From an uncultured delta proteobacterium (GTDB lineage Bacteria > Desulfobacterota > Binatia > UBA9968): a stretch of DNA of 64,000 bases. The stretch is taken from positions 384,001 through 448,000 of the forward strand of contig CAVSHR010000002.1 of the NCBI GenBank assembly GCA_963727625.1, given 5' to 3'. The position numbers and the translations under genes are program-made. The notes under the pieces are model-generated. The model worked only from the letters and a program-made list of their open reading frames with translations, searched no databases and was not told where the DNA came from. Position 1 is the stretch's first letter; each line of letters begins with the position of its first letter. Shown piece by piece: positions 48,770 through 58,721 of this stretch.

Positions 48770-49747
48770 ATGGACGGAAGCACTCCCGGTAATACGAAAC
48801 CTGCGTCGGTGGGCAGGGACACGATAAGATCGCGGTTGGTTCTTGAAATTGCCTCACAGTTGGTCGATCAACCGGACTGGCCCAGCCGCCAGGCGCAAGT
48901 GAGCCTGCGGCCGCAGGGGGCGGATCAATGGGCGATAAACATGATCGCAAGCGACGGCCCCGCGGCGATCGATCTCGTCGCCAGTGGCAAGATGCATCTG
49001 GCCATCAGCAATCCGTCGATCTTTTTGGCGCTTGCTGTGCGCGGCACCGGACCGTTTGCCGCGCCGATCCCGTTGCGCGCAATCACGGTCATCCCGTCGC
49101 CCGACCAGCTTGCGTTCGCGGTGACTGAAAAAACCGGACTCAAGTCATTCAACGATATCCGCGAGCGGCGCTATCCTTTGCGCGTCTCCATGCGCGGGCA
49201 AAAAGACCACGCGCTCCACCCGATCATCGACGAAGTTTTGAAGGCGGCCGGTTTTTCCCTCGATGACGTTGTCTCCTGGGGCGGCCAGGTGCGCTACGAC
49301 GGCGGTCTGCCGATGAAGAGCAACCGCTTCGGCGCCATGCAGCGCGGCGAGGTCGACATGATCGTCGACGAAGCGGTGCGCGGCTGGATCAATGCCGCCG
49401 CGGGTGCGGGCATGCGCGTGCTGCCTTTCGACGAGCCCATGCTAACGCAGCTGGAAGCGATCGGCCTGCGCCGCGCAGTGATTCCCAAGAGCCGCTATCC
49501 GAATTTGCCGGATGACGTGCCGACGCTGGATTTCAGCGGCTTCGCCGTCTACACCCACGCCGAAGTGTCCGACGACGTCGTCACATCGATCTGCGCCGCT
49601 CTCGAAGCGCGCAAAGAGCGCATCGGCTGGCAGGAGCCCGGACCGCTGCCGCTCGACCAGATGTGCCGCGACACCGCCGCGGCGCCGCTGGCGATTCCGC
49701 TCCATCCCGCGGCGGAAAAGTTCTGGCGCGGGCGGGGTTATCTGTAA
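48770..49747 (+). CDS. TAXI-family TRAP solute-binding-like protein
   Basis: PLRAITVIP, GEVD, IPLHPAAEKFWRGRG C-terminus; no signal peptide visible. Confidence 0.7.
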   Translation: MDGSTPGNTKPASVGRDTIRSRLVLEIASQLVDQPDWPSRQAQVSLRPQGADQWAINMIASDGPAAIDLVASGKMHLAISNPSIFLALAVRGTGPFAAPIPLRAITVIPSPDQLAFAVTEKTGLKSFNDIRERRYPLRVSMRGQKDHALHPIIDEVLKAAGFSLDDVVSWGGQVRYDGGLPMKSNRFGAMQRGEVDMIVDEAVRGWINAAAGAGMRVLPFDEPMLTQLEAIGLRRAVIPKSRYPNLPDDVPTLDFSGFAVYTHAEVSDDVVTSICAALEARKERIGWQEPGPLPLDQMCRDTAAAPLAIPLHPAAEKFWRGRGYL

Positions 49748-49837
49748 TAGCAAAGGGTCCTTCTGTACACGAGGCATCATCTACCGCGCTTTCCGACCAC
49801 CGTGCCCAAGTGACCAAGACATGCTAGACTCCTGCCT

Positions 49838-50137
49838 GTGGCGTACCGCGTTCAGTTCGCGAGTTCTGTAGAGGAACAGTTCGCTGGGCTCTCTGCTCGT
49901 GAACAAGCGATCGTGCTCAGCGCTGTAAAGGTTCAGTTACGACACGAGCCGACAAGGGAGACGCGAAACAGAAAACTGTTGCGTCCTAACCCATTAGCGC
50001 CTTGGGAATTACAAATCGGTTCTCTGCGGATTTTCTATGAGGTGGATGCATTGGAATCTGATTTGGTAAACATTCTCGCCATTGGGGTTAAGAAAAGGAA
50101 TCGGCTTCTGGTTGCAGGCAAGGAGATTCGGATATGA
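49838..50137 (+). CDS. RelE/ParE family toxin
   Basis: YRVQF, WELQIGSLRIFYEV..ILAIGVK. Confidence 0.85.
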   Translation: MAYRVQFASSVEEQFAGLSAREQAIVLSAVKVQLRHEPTRETRNRKLLRPNPLAPWELQIGSLRIFYEVDALESDLVNILAIGVKKRNRLLVAGKEIRI

Positions 50138-50436
50138 AGGCAATAAAGCTACCCAAAGAGATTCAGTCATTTCTCGATGTTGCCGAGGCTGCAGAGGAAG
50201 AAACGCTCGTCTTCACGAAGAAGAAACGACCGGTCGCTGCTCTGGTCTCTCTCAGAAGGGTGGATCGAGAGTCAGTCGCGCTTAGCACGAACCCACAGTT
50301 TTTGAAGATTGTAGAAACTGCGAGAAGAGAAATTCGGGCAGGAAAAATAATTTCGCTGGAGACATTGGAGAAAAAATATCGCGTAAAAACGCCTAGCAAA
50401 AGAATGGAGCGAACGCGAAAAACACGTCGCCAGTGA
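50134..50436 (+). CDS. Phd/YefM-like antitoxin
   Basis: ETLVFTKKKRPVAALV; ATGA overlap with the toxin. Confidence 0.75.
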   Translation: MKAIKLPKEIQSFLDVAEAAEEETLVFTKKKRPVAALVSLRRVDRESVALSTNPQFLKIVETARREIRAGKIISLETLEKKYRVKTPSKRMERTRKTRRQ

Positions 50437-50537
50437 GGGCGATGCTGCTCCAACCGGCAGCGAAAAAATTCTGGCGCGCCCAGGGTATCTGAGTTAAATT
50501 GCCCCGGATCTCCCCGCATATGGCTGGCTGATGCACG

Positions 50538-52934
50538 ATGAATGAATCCATTGAAATCCCAGTGAATACCGTGCGCGGATTTTGCGCGCTGTGCACGGCG
50601 CACTGCGCGACCGTCGCAACAGTGACGGACGGCAAAGTCGTTCGCCTCGAAAGTGATCCCGACCATCCCAACGGCGGAGTATTTTGTCTGAAGGGCAAGG
50701 CCGCACCCGAGCTGGTCTATCATCCCGACCGGCTGAATCATCCTCTCAAACGGACGCGCCCAAAAGGGGATCCCGATCCCGGCTGGCAACGGGTAAGTTG
50801 GGATGACGCGCTCGACGACATCGCGCGACGATTGATCTCTATCCGTGGACAATACGGTCCGCGCGCCGTGGCGCTGGCGAAGGGCACTGGCGGTGGGACG
50901 TCGGTGTCCGACGCGGAGCGCTGGTTGGCGCGGTTTCTCAATTCCTTCGGTAGCCCCAACTGGGTGTCGACGACCCATGTCTGCAATTGGCACAAGGATA
51001 CCGGCTTTACCTACACGTTCGGCGTCGAAATCCCGACGCCGGATGTCGCGCAGAGCGGCGCGTTTCTGCTCTGGGGCCACAACCCGAGCTCCACGTCGCT
51101 GATCTTGGCGCATGACATCGTCGCGGCGAGAAAGCGCGGCATGAAGATCGTCGCGGTGGACCCGCGCCGCGTCGGCATCGCAGCCCAAGCCGATATTCTG
51201 CTGCAAGTGCGTCCGGGCACCGACGGCGCCCTGGCTTTGGCCATGATCGACGTGGCGATTAAAGAGAAGCTTTTCGACGAAGACTTTGTCCGCCGGTGGA
51301 CCAACGGCACTTTTCTGATTCGCCAAGATAACGGCGCCCCGCTGACCGAGGCCGACCTCACCGGTAGCGGATCGCGCGACCGCTTCGTGGTCTGGGACGA
51401 AGTCGGCGGCGATCCGGTGCTGTACAACTCCGGCAGCGGAGACCTCGAGCGACCGACTTCTCGCGCGGCGCTTACGGGAGAGTTTCGAGTCCAGTCCAAA
51501 GACGGCGAGGCAATCGAGTGCGCGCCGGCGTTTGCCGAACTCGCCGCTCTGGCGGCGCGCCACGGACCGGAAATCTCCGCGGCGATCACCTGGGTCGACG
51601 CCGACAAGGTCAAGCAAGCAGTTCATCTCCTCGCGGCCAACCGGCCGGTGAGCATGTTCATGCATAACGGCGTCGGCCAGCATACCAACGCGACGCAGAC
51701 CAGCCGCGCGATCGCGACGTTCTACGCGCTGCTCGGCGACTTCGATCGGCCCGGCGGCAACGTGGTGTTTCCCAAGGCGCCGCTGAACGCGGTGTCCGGC
51801 AAAGAGTTTCTGCCTAAGGAATCGGCCGCGGAGCGAATCGGCCGTGAGCGCAAACCCTTGGGACCGCCGGCCAAGCCGGGCAACTGTGCGGCCTACGATA
51901 TTTTCACCGCGATCCTGGAAAATCTTCCGTATCCGGTGAAGGCGCTGCTGAATTTCGGCTCGAACACGGTGTTGAATACCGGCGACTCGCAGCGGGCGCG
52001 CGAAGCGTTTCGCGCATTGGATTTTGCTGTCGCCGCCGAGCTGTTCATGACGCCGACCGCAGAGCTGTGCGACTACGTGCTGCCGGCCACGAGCTTTCTC
52101 GAAATGGCCAACCTGTCGAACGACTTCAAACACCGCCAGGAGGGCAGGCTGCATGTGCAGTATCGTCCGGCGGTAGTCGAGCCGCTCGGCGAGCGGCGCT
52201 CGGATACCTGGATCGTTTTTCAGCTGGCGAAACGCCTCGGGTTAGGCGAGAGTTTTTGGCAAGGCGATATCGACGCGGGCTATGAGCATGAATTGGCGCC
52301 GAGCGGAATTTCTCTGGACCGCCTGAAAGCCTCGCCTGGAGGCATCACCGTTTCGGCGCCGCCGCGCTATCAAAAATTTTCGGCGATGAATCAGAACGGC
52401 GAGCCGCGCGGTTTCAACACGCCGGACAAGACAGTCGCGATCTATTCCCACAGCTTCGCTGCTCACGGTTTCGCGCCGCTGCCGGAATATGTCGAACCGA
52501 TGATCAGTCCGCTCAGCCGCCCGGAACTCGCCAGTGAATTTCCCTTGGTGCTGACCAATGCGAAATTCACGACGTTCATCCATAGCCAGCTCCGCGGCCT
52601 ACCGAGCCTGCGCAAAGCATCGCCGCATCCGAGCGCCGACATTCATCCGCAAACCGCGGTGCGCTACGGCGTTCAAGACAAAGCGTGGATGATCATCGAA
52701 AGCCCGCGCGGCGCGATGCGGGCGAAAGCGCGAGTCACGGACGGGATCGCCCCCGGCGTCGTCTGCTGCCAGCACGGCTGGTGGCAAGAGTGCAAGGAAC
52801 TGGACCTTCCCGGCTACGACGCCTACAACGAGCACTCCGCCAACCCCAGCCTCCTCATCGGCTCCGACCTCGCCGATCCAATCAGCGGTTCCCTGCCGCA
52901 CCGCTCGTTTTTGTGCCGGGTTCGGCCCGGTTGA
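50538..52934 (+). CDS. Molybdopterin (bis-MGD) oxidoreductase, DMSO-reductase superfamily, cytoplasmic
   Basis: CALCTAHC..FCLKG 4Fe-4S, HPDRL..PLKR, VDPR, PGTDGALAL, DYVLPA, HGWW. Confidence 0.93.
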   Translation: MNESIEIPVNTVRGFCALCTAHCATVATVTDGKVVRLESDPDHPNGGVFCLKGKAAPELVYHPDRLNHPLKRTRPKGDPDPGWQRVSWDDALDDIARRLISIRGQYGPRAVALAKGTGGGTSVSDAERWLARFLNSFGSPNWVSTTHVCNWHKDTGFTYTFGVEIPTPDVAQSGAFLLWGHNPSSTSLILAHDIVAARKRGMKIVAVDPRRVGIAAQADILLQVRPGTDGALALAMIDVAIKEKLFDEDFVRRWTNGTFLIRQDNGAPLTEADLTGSGSRDRFVVWDEVGGDPVLYNSGSGDLERPTSRAALTGEFRVQSKDGEAIECAPAFAELAALAARHGPEISAAITWVDADKVKQAVHLLAANRPVSMFMHNGVGQHTNATQTSRAIATFYALLGDFDRPGGNVVFPKAPLNAVSGKEFLPKESAAERIGRERKPLGPPAKPGNCAAYDIFTAILENLPYPVKALLNFGSNTVLNTGDSQRAREAFRALDFAVAAELFMTPTAELCDYVLPATSFLEMANLSNDFKHRQEGRLHVQYRPAVVEPLGERRSDTWIVFQLAKRLGLGESFWQGDIDAGYEHELAPSGISLDRLKASPGGITVSAPPRYQKFSAMNQNGEPRGFNTPDKTVAIYSHSFAAHGFAPLPEYVEPMISPLSRPELASEFPLVLTNAKFTTFIHSQLRGLPSLRKASPHPSADIHPQTAVRYGVQDKAWMIIESPRGAMRAKARVTDGIAPGVVCCQHGWWQECKELDLPGYDAYNEHSANPSLLIGSDLADPISGSLPHRSFLCRVRPG

Positions 52935-53169
52935 GTGATGTGTTTGGGACGGGTGGACGCTTTCCGACTAGTAACGTCCGTCGAAAAGTTTTTACCAGAG
53001 ACGTATCCAGCGACGGGACGAATACATCGACTGGCCCCCCGGACGCGCTTCGGACAAAAGCAAAGGGCAGGGCAAATCGCCGCTGTCGCGATTGTTCTCA
53101 CGGCGTAATATAATGGTCACCGTAACTAATGGTTAGACGCTCCGAGCAACTTCAGCTATACGTGGATAA

Positions 53170-53505
53170 TGGCCCGAGCGGACCCTTCCTGACGACGTCC
53201 TATCCTTCATTCGGGAGTGTGTTCGCGGGGGTCGGATCCTTTGGACTTACCACGTCAACATGCGACTTGGACAGAGATTCATCGCGCGGGACACTATTAT
53301 CCGAGCGATCGATACCTACGAAATTGTGGAGTCCTATCCGGAGGACAAGTACTTTCCGAGCTATTTGGTGCTGGGCCGAGAGGGCGCCGATGCGTTTCAC
53401 ATATTGTTCGGTGCCGACGTAGAGGGTCAGAACGTGAGGATCATCACGGCATATTTCCCGAGCCCCGACGAATGGGAAACCGACTTCAAAAGCCGAAGGA
53501 GCTGA
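53170..53505 (+). pseudogene. DUF4258-type toxin; N-terminus out of frame with ATG at 53169
   Basis: Frame reads PERTLPDDVLSFIRECVRGGRILWTYHVNMRL..EIVESYPEDKYFPSYLVLG..IITAYFPSPDEW. Confidence 0.7.
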
Positions 53506-53507
53506 TT

Positions 53508-53729
53508 ATGAAGTGCACTGTCTGCGGCGGCCACATGCATGCCACCACCACCGACTTGCCATTTAAGATGGCGGAGGGGCGGATCGTAATTCTGAAGCAA
53601 CTGCCGGTTCTGCAATGTGAAGCGTGCCGCGAATATCTCATTGAAGATACCGTTATGGCACGGATCGATGAATTGCTGGCGAGACGTGACAGCACTGCCG
53701 AACTGGAAGTGATTCGTTATGCTGCTTAA
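53508..53729 (+). CDS. YgiT/MqsA-type zinc-finger antitoxin
   Basis: MKCTVCGG..LPVLQCEACREY. Confidence 0.88.
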   Translation: MKCTVCGGHMHATTTDLPFKMAEGRIVILKQLPVLQCEACREYLIEDTVMARIDELLARRDSTAELEVIRYAA

Positions 53730-53910
53730 AGACGATAGGAGACGAGTGGTGTGAGAGCGACGTAACACAAACAGACCTTATTCGAGGGTCAAGCGATTTA
53801 AGAATCACAGTTTACCGCCCGGCCTGTAATCCTTGAGGCCCCTATCATTGCGGAGCTTCTTCTAGGACAACCCAATCCTCATGTTGCATGGCGATGTGAA
53901 TCAATGTCGG

Positions 53911-53992
53911 CATCGGCTCCGACATCGCCGATCCGATCAGCGGCTCGCTGCCGCACCGGTCTTTTCTGTGCCGCGTCCGTCCGGCCCAATAG
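53911..53992 (+). repeat. Second copy of the molybdopterin oxidoreductase 3' end
   Basis: IGSDIADPISGSLPHRSFLCRVRPAQ*; compare 52856-52934. Confidence 0.88.
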
Positions 53993-54117
53993 GGGCGAAG
54001 TTTTTTGTCCCATTTGCGGCTTGATTGCGTCGACGCTTTTAGCATAATACGCGCGATCGAACGAAACGCGTGACGCGTCACCAAACCAATTTACATCCGA
54101 ATAATCAGGAGGGAACG

Positions 54118-54795
54118 ATGAGACTTTGGCATTATCTTCTTGTGATAGGCGCGCTTTTGATCGTCGGCAGCGGCCAGTGGGAAAACATCGTGGGCGCCGC
54201 CAGTGCTCCGCCGCCCAGCATGGGCTTCTTCGTTACCAGCGCAAAGAGCAAGACCGGAAATCTCGGCGGTCTAGCCGGTGCGGACAAAACTTGCCAAACC
54301 TTGGCTACCGCTGTGGGTCAGGGAGACAAAACCTGGCGCGCTTACCTTAGCGCGGAGCGCGATCCCTCCAACAACAATAATCCCACCAACGCCCGCGACC
54401 GGATCGGCAACGGGCCCTGGTTCAATGCCAATGGCATCATGGTCGGCAATGATCTCGCCGACCTTCACGCGCGCAGGGGAAATCCGATCTTGTTGGTAGA
54501 CGAGCACGGCCAAATGATTCCCGGCAATTGGCCCAATTCACCGAAGCCTACCGAGCATGACATCCTCACAGGTTCCACGGCTGAAGGCACAGTCATCGCT
54601 GGCAAGACCTGCGACAGTTGGACGTCGGATTCTCCCGACCTGAAGGCGCAAATAGGCCATTTGGACGGCATTGGGCTTGGTGGCAATACGGCGGGACGGA
54701 CTGCGTCGTGGAACTCCGCACATGAGAGTCGAAGTTGCGCCGACACCGCGCCGGGCGGTGGGGCGGGAAGGTTTTATTGCTTCGCGGTGAAGTAG
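54118..54795 (+). CDS. Secreted lectin/endostatin-like (C-type lectin-like fold) protein
   Basis: FFVTS..GNLGGLAGAD..CQ..WRAYLS..ARDRIG.GPW..HDILTGS..FYCFA. Confidence 0.8.
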   Translation: MRLWHYLLVIGALLIVGSGQWENIVGAASAPPPSMGFFVTSAKSKTGNLGGLAGADKTCQTLATAVGQGDKTWRAYLSAERDPSNNNNPTNARDRIGNGPWFNANGIMVGNDLADLHARRGNPILLVDEHGQMIPGNWPNSPKPTEHDILTGSTAEGTVIAGKTCDSWTSDSPDLKAQIGHLDGIGLGGNTAGRTASWNSAHESRSCADTAPGGGAGRFYCFAVK

Positions 54796-54894
54796 AAGGC
54801 GTTAGCACGATCCACGCGAGTTACAGTTGCTTTGAACGGTGAAATGGCCAACGATCAGCCAAATTGCCATCTCGGTTTTGTTGCGGCCTCAGGA

Positions 54895-55060
54895 CGTGGT
54901 GTGCTGCCAGTACGGCTGGTGACAGATGTGCAACGAACTGGAACTGCCCGGCTACGACGCCTACAACGAACAATCCGCCAACCCCAGTCTCCTCATCGCC
55001 TCGCCGATCCGATCAGCGGCCCTTTGCCGCACCGGTCGTTTCTCTGCCGCGTGCGGCCTC
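54895..55060 (+). repeat. Third, degraded copy of the molybdopterin oxidoreductase 3' end
   Basis: VVCCQYGW*QMCNELELPGYDAYNEQSANPSLLI/LADPISGPLPHRSFLCRVRP, with a stop and a short deletion. Confidence 0.88.
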
Positions 55061-55109
55061 CGAATTACTTTATTTGCAGCGGCTCGAAAGCCACTTTATC
55101 GCAATCCAA

Positions 55110-56537
55110 GGTTGTGGCCCCGGTTTTGTGGAAATTCGTATTTTCGGTATCCATGCCTGAAAAATTTCTTCTTTAAAAGCCCAACAACGAACGATCTCGA
55201 AGTGACCGAGGCCTAGACTACCCCCCTTCATGCGGCCTTCGACAAAGTCACTTGCTTTAGGTCTCGCCATCCGTCGATACGCCGCATATGGATCTGACCA
55301 CTGATGATCAACCCAAACAGCAACAGCTCGGCTGCCTGCGCGCTCGGCAATGAGCCTTGAGTCTTCACTCTGCGGCGAAACTCTCCGTTAAGCCGCTCAA
55401 TCGCATTGGTCGTGCGCAGCGATTTCCATTGGCTGTTGGGAAAACGGTAAAACGTCAACAGTTCCTCTCCCGCCTCCTCCAAGCTTGCCACCACTTTAGG
55501 AAGAAGCTTTTTCCACTTCACAACAAACTCCCGGTAAGCTTTCTTGGCTTCTTCCAAAGACTTCGCATTCACGATGGCATGATAATCCGTTTTTACTTGC
55601 TCCAAGGCATGCCGGGGTGTGTGCCGCTCTAGATTACGAAGCTTATGCACTGTGCAGCGCTGGACTTCGATCCCCACCCAGGTCTTCTCCACCGCAGCTC
55701 TTAGCCCTTTGTTCCCATCGATGATCACTACGCTCGGTCGCTTCAACCCACGGTCGGCTAACCCTTCAACGAACCCGCCCCAGCACTCGCTGGACTCGCT
55801 CTGTAACAGCTCCAAGCCCAATACCACTTTCTGCCCGTCCACTTTGACTCCTAAGCCCACCAACACCGGCGCCGAAACCACTTTGTTGGCAATCCGGACC
55901 CGCAACGCGATCGCATCCAGATACACAAACACCACCGACTCCGTCTTCAAAGACCGCTCGCGCCACTGGGAAAACAGGGCCTCAAGACGCCCCACTATCC
56001 GCGAGATCGCACTCTTGGAAAGCGGCGCTCCGCGCAAAAGGGGGGAAAGAGCCCCTCGTATGCGCCGCCCGTTCGCGCCGCTGAGGTAACAGCCCAATAG
56101 CGCGCTGTCCACCGACCGCGCTCGACGCTGATAACGCTCAACCAGCCTGCTTTGCCACTCCTTCTCTCCATCCCCCTGCTGCCTCAATCGCGCCCGCGGT
56201 AACTCGATTATCGTCTGACCCAGCCCCGTGCTCATCGAGCGCTCCCGCTTGCCGTTTCGGTACCCCCGTCGCGCGCCATTGCGCTCATAGGGCATGGCCG
56301 CCAACACTTCCCTCAACTCCGCTTCGGCTAGTGTCCAAATCACCTCCCGAATCCTCCCACGCAACGCTTCGCTCAGTGGATCGGGCCCTAAAAGAGCTTC
56401 CATTTGATCGAGAGATTGGATACTTTTCCTCATAGGCGTATTCCTCCTCGGTCTGACTCTCGCCAGAGCCAGTTATTGTTTTGGGATACCGAGAGAATAC
56501 GCCTTTTCCTTTTTTCCACCACAATCGGGACGCCGCC
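55110..56537 (-). mobile_element. IS256-family element with 8-bp TSD CAATCCAA
   Basis: TSD at 55102-55109 and 56538-56545; imperfect 25-bp IRs both ending GTGGAAA. Confidence 0.85.
55228..56433 (-). CDS. IS256 (mutator) transposase
   Basis: GYRNG, YLDAI, IIDG..GL, QRCTVHK.RN, RTTNAIERLN.EFRRR. Confidence 0.95.
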   Translation of the reverse strand: MRKSIQSLDQMEALLGPDPLSEALRGRIREVIWTLAEAELREVLAAMPYERNGARRGYRNGKRERSMSTGLGQTIIELPRARLRQQGDGEKEWQSRLVERYQRRARSVDSALLGCYLSGANGRRIRGALSPLLRGAPLSKSAISRIVGRLEALFSQWRERSLKTESVVFVYLDAIALRVRIANKVVSAPVLVGLGVKVDGQKVVLGLELLQSESSECWGGFVEGLADRGLKRPSVVIIDGNKGLRAAVEKTWVGIEVQRCTVHKLRNLERHTPRHALEQVKTDYHAIVNAKSLEEAKKAYREFVVKWKKLLPKVVASLEEAGEELLTFYRFPNSQWKSLRTTNAIERLNGEFRRRVKTQGSLPSAQAAELLLFGLIISGQIHMRRIDGWRDLKQVTLSKAA

Positions 56538-56717
56538 CAATCCAAAAGATGGTCTACGGAAGGATCAGCTCGCAGGTAGATCGGTATTATATTGTTCAAG
56601 TATATTGAAACTGTGCTGGAACGAGAATCAATTGACAAGTTGTCGATTGGAAGAGTAATTCTTGCAAAGTCCTGATTGATTGCACGCGGTAATATACAGG
56701 TCAGTATGCTCACTAGT

Positions 56718-58580
56718 CCTCAAATAAGCGCTGTGGACAGGAAAATTTGTTGAGGTGGATTTAAAAACGGGAAAAGCCCTCTGAAATGAGGTATACGAAG
56801 AGTTGCCACACAGCAACGTAACCCCAAAAAGCAGAGGGCTCCCAAGTGAAAATATCTATCGCATTTGGACGTGCAAGTCACGTCAATTCCGGTACGAGCA
56901 TCGATCCTGCCGAACTTCCGTGGCCCGAGACTCAAGGGCGGGTGATGCGCCATCCGCTGCTCCATCTTGAGAGCGATCCACGAGGTAACATTACGCATTA
57001 TGGAGGTTTGGTCTTGGCGCAGCAGTTTGTCCGGCGGTTTCGGGTTGCGCAGCGGTTGGACCAGGCCCTGGTGTTGTTTAGGCGTCATGCCCCCTACTTT
57101 GAGTCGGACCATGTGCTGGCGCTGATGTACACGCTTTATGCCGATGGGACATGTCTGGAGGACCAGGCGGTGCTGCAAGGGAGCGAGGCGATTCGAAGAC
57201 TGGTGGGAGCGTGTCGGATTCCGGACCCGACGACGGCGGGAGATTTTCTGCGTCGGTTTAAGAGCGCACAAGATTTGGAGCAGTTGAGTGGGGTGGGCGA
57301 CGAGGTGCAAGAGGCGGTGTGGTCGAAGTTGCCCGCCCCGGTACGTCGTCACAGGAAGAAGCACGAGATGGCGCTGGTGGATCTCGATGGTCACATCAAG
57401 CCCCTGTACGGGGTGCAGAAAGAGGGGGCGGATTTTAGCTACGACGGGCGTTGGTCGTATCAGCCGTTGGTGGTGACGCTGGGTGGCAGTGGGGAGTGCC
57501 TCAAGGTGGTCAATCAGCCAGGCAGCGGGCATGCTGCGGACGGCGCCGCCGAGGCTCTCAAGGAAGTTTTGCCACGGGTGAAGCGCCATTTCAAAAGCGC
57601 CATTGTGCGGGGCGATACCGACTTTGATCGGGCCGACGTGTACCAGGCGGTGATCGAGCAGGGGGCGTACTTTGCCATTGGGGCCAAGCTGCATCCCAAT
57701 CGCGCCGCGCTGGCCGAGGCGATTGCGGAGAAGCGTTGGCAGCGATTTTGTCCGCGCGCCGAGCGCAACAAGCCAGCCGGGTCTAGTCGTGAGGGGCGCA
57801 CCCCCAACTACCGCAAAACCAAAGCCCAACAGCGAGGGTACCGCACGTTGAGCACGCTTCAGCAGTGGATCAGCGAGATCGACTATCAGCCCGCCGGGGT
57901 GCCCTTTCCGTGTCGCCTGATCGTGCGGCGGATTTTGATTGAAGAGTGCGATGGTCAGGGAGTGCTCTTTCGCCATTTCCGCTACCGGTTGGTGCTGAGC
58001 GATCTGCCGCGTTCTTACACGGCTCAGCGGGTCGTCGATCTGACCTATCAGCGCTGCGACCAGGAAAACCTCATCGAGCAATTCGGTCACGGCATTGCGG
58101 GGTGGCGCATGCCGGTGGCGGAGTTTATGGGCAACTCGGCGTGGCTGGAAATAGCTCGGCTGGCGTGGAATCTGGGCAAGTGGATCGCCCAACTGGTCTT
58201 GCCCGAGGAGGTAGTGCGCTGGGAGTGGAAGCGCTTTCGCCGCCACTTTGTCTACATTGCGGCCAAGGTTCTCAAGCTCGGCAGAAGCTTGGTGGTGCGG
58301 CTGGCCGGATCGCATCGGTATTTGCCCGACATCCTCGCCGCTCATGCTCGATTGCAGACCTAACAGACGGTTGCGACGCGACCTCATCCGGCTGCTCCCG
58401 CGGGCCGACGCACGCCGCGCTGCGCTCAAAATCACTCTCGACCTCGGTTCATCGTCCAACAACATCCGACTGGCTCCGATTTGTGATATAAACGCATGCT
58501 CATGATGGGCTTACGAACCGTCAAGGATCTCCCTATGAACCGACCATGCATACTTTTAGACGCTTGGCGCTTATTTCAGG
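56718..58580 (+). mobile_element. IS1380-family element
   Basis: IRs CCTCAAATAAGCGC / GCGCTTATTTCAGG, each flanked by ACTAGT. Confidence 0.8.
56846..58363 (+). CDS. IS1380-family DDE transposase
   Basis: THYGGL, PDPTT, VDLD, YQPL, VRGD, Y.QRCDQENLI. Confidence 0.88.
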   Translation: MKISIAFGRASHVNSGTSIDPAELPWPETQGRVMRHPLLHLESDPRGNITHYGGLVLAQQFVRRFRVAQRLDQALVLFRRHAPYFESDHVLALMYTLYADGTCLEDQAVLQGSEAIRRLVGACRIPDPTTAGDFLRRFKSAQDLEQLSGVGDEVQEAVWSKLPAPVRRHRKKHEMALVDLDGHIKPLYGVQKEGADFSYDGRWSYQPLVVTLGGSGECLKVVNQPGSGHAADGAAEALKEVLPRVKRHFKSAIVRGDTDFDRADVYQAVIEQGAYFAIGAKLHPNRAALAEAIAEKRWQRFCPRAERNKPAGSSREGRTPNYRKTKAQQRGYRTLSTLQQWISEIDYQPAGVPFPCRLIVRRILIEECDGQGVLFRHFRYRLVLSDLPRSYTAQRVVDLTYQRCDQENLIEQFGHGIAGWRMPVAEFMGNSAWLEIARLAWNLGKWIAQLVLPEEVVRWEWKRFRRHFVYIAAKVLKLGRSLVVRLAGSHRYLPDILAAHARLQT

Positions 58581-58680
58581 ACTAGTCAACTCCAGACTTG
58601 AACCTAATTATTCCCCCTAATTATTCCTAATTATTCTAATTATACAATTATTAATTCAATTCCTCCTGACCCCAATTCCC
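58581..58680. repeat. Y1-element end motif with stuttered TAATTATT repeats
   Basis: ACTAGTCAACTCCAGACTTGA identical to 62711-62731, then CCTAATTATTC-type units and a second TGACCCCAATT. Confidence 0.75.
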
Positions 58681-58721
58681 CCTCCCCCCCAAAGATGCGA
58701 GCACTAATGCTCCCGCTTCAC

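Noticed and set aside
50163-52154. Long antisense ORFs (663 aa here; also 56720..58465, 18111..19415 and others)
   Set aside because: Shadow frames of high-GC genes with clear families on the opposite strand.
53132-53770. GTTAGAC before the DUF4258/YgiT pair as an integron core site
   Set aside because: No matching attC palindrome found downstream.
54915-54930. In-frame TGA in the third molybdoenzyme 3' copy
   Set aside because: It replaces a Trp (TGG) of the intact gene in a fragment that also has a deletion, so this is decay rather than Sec.
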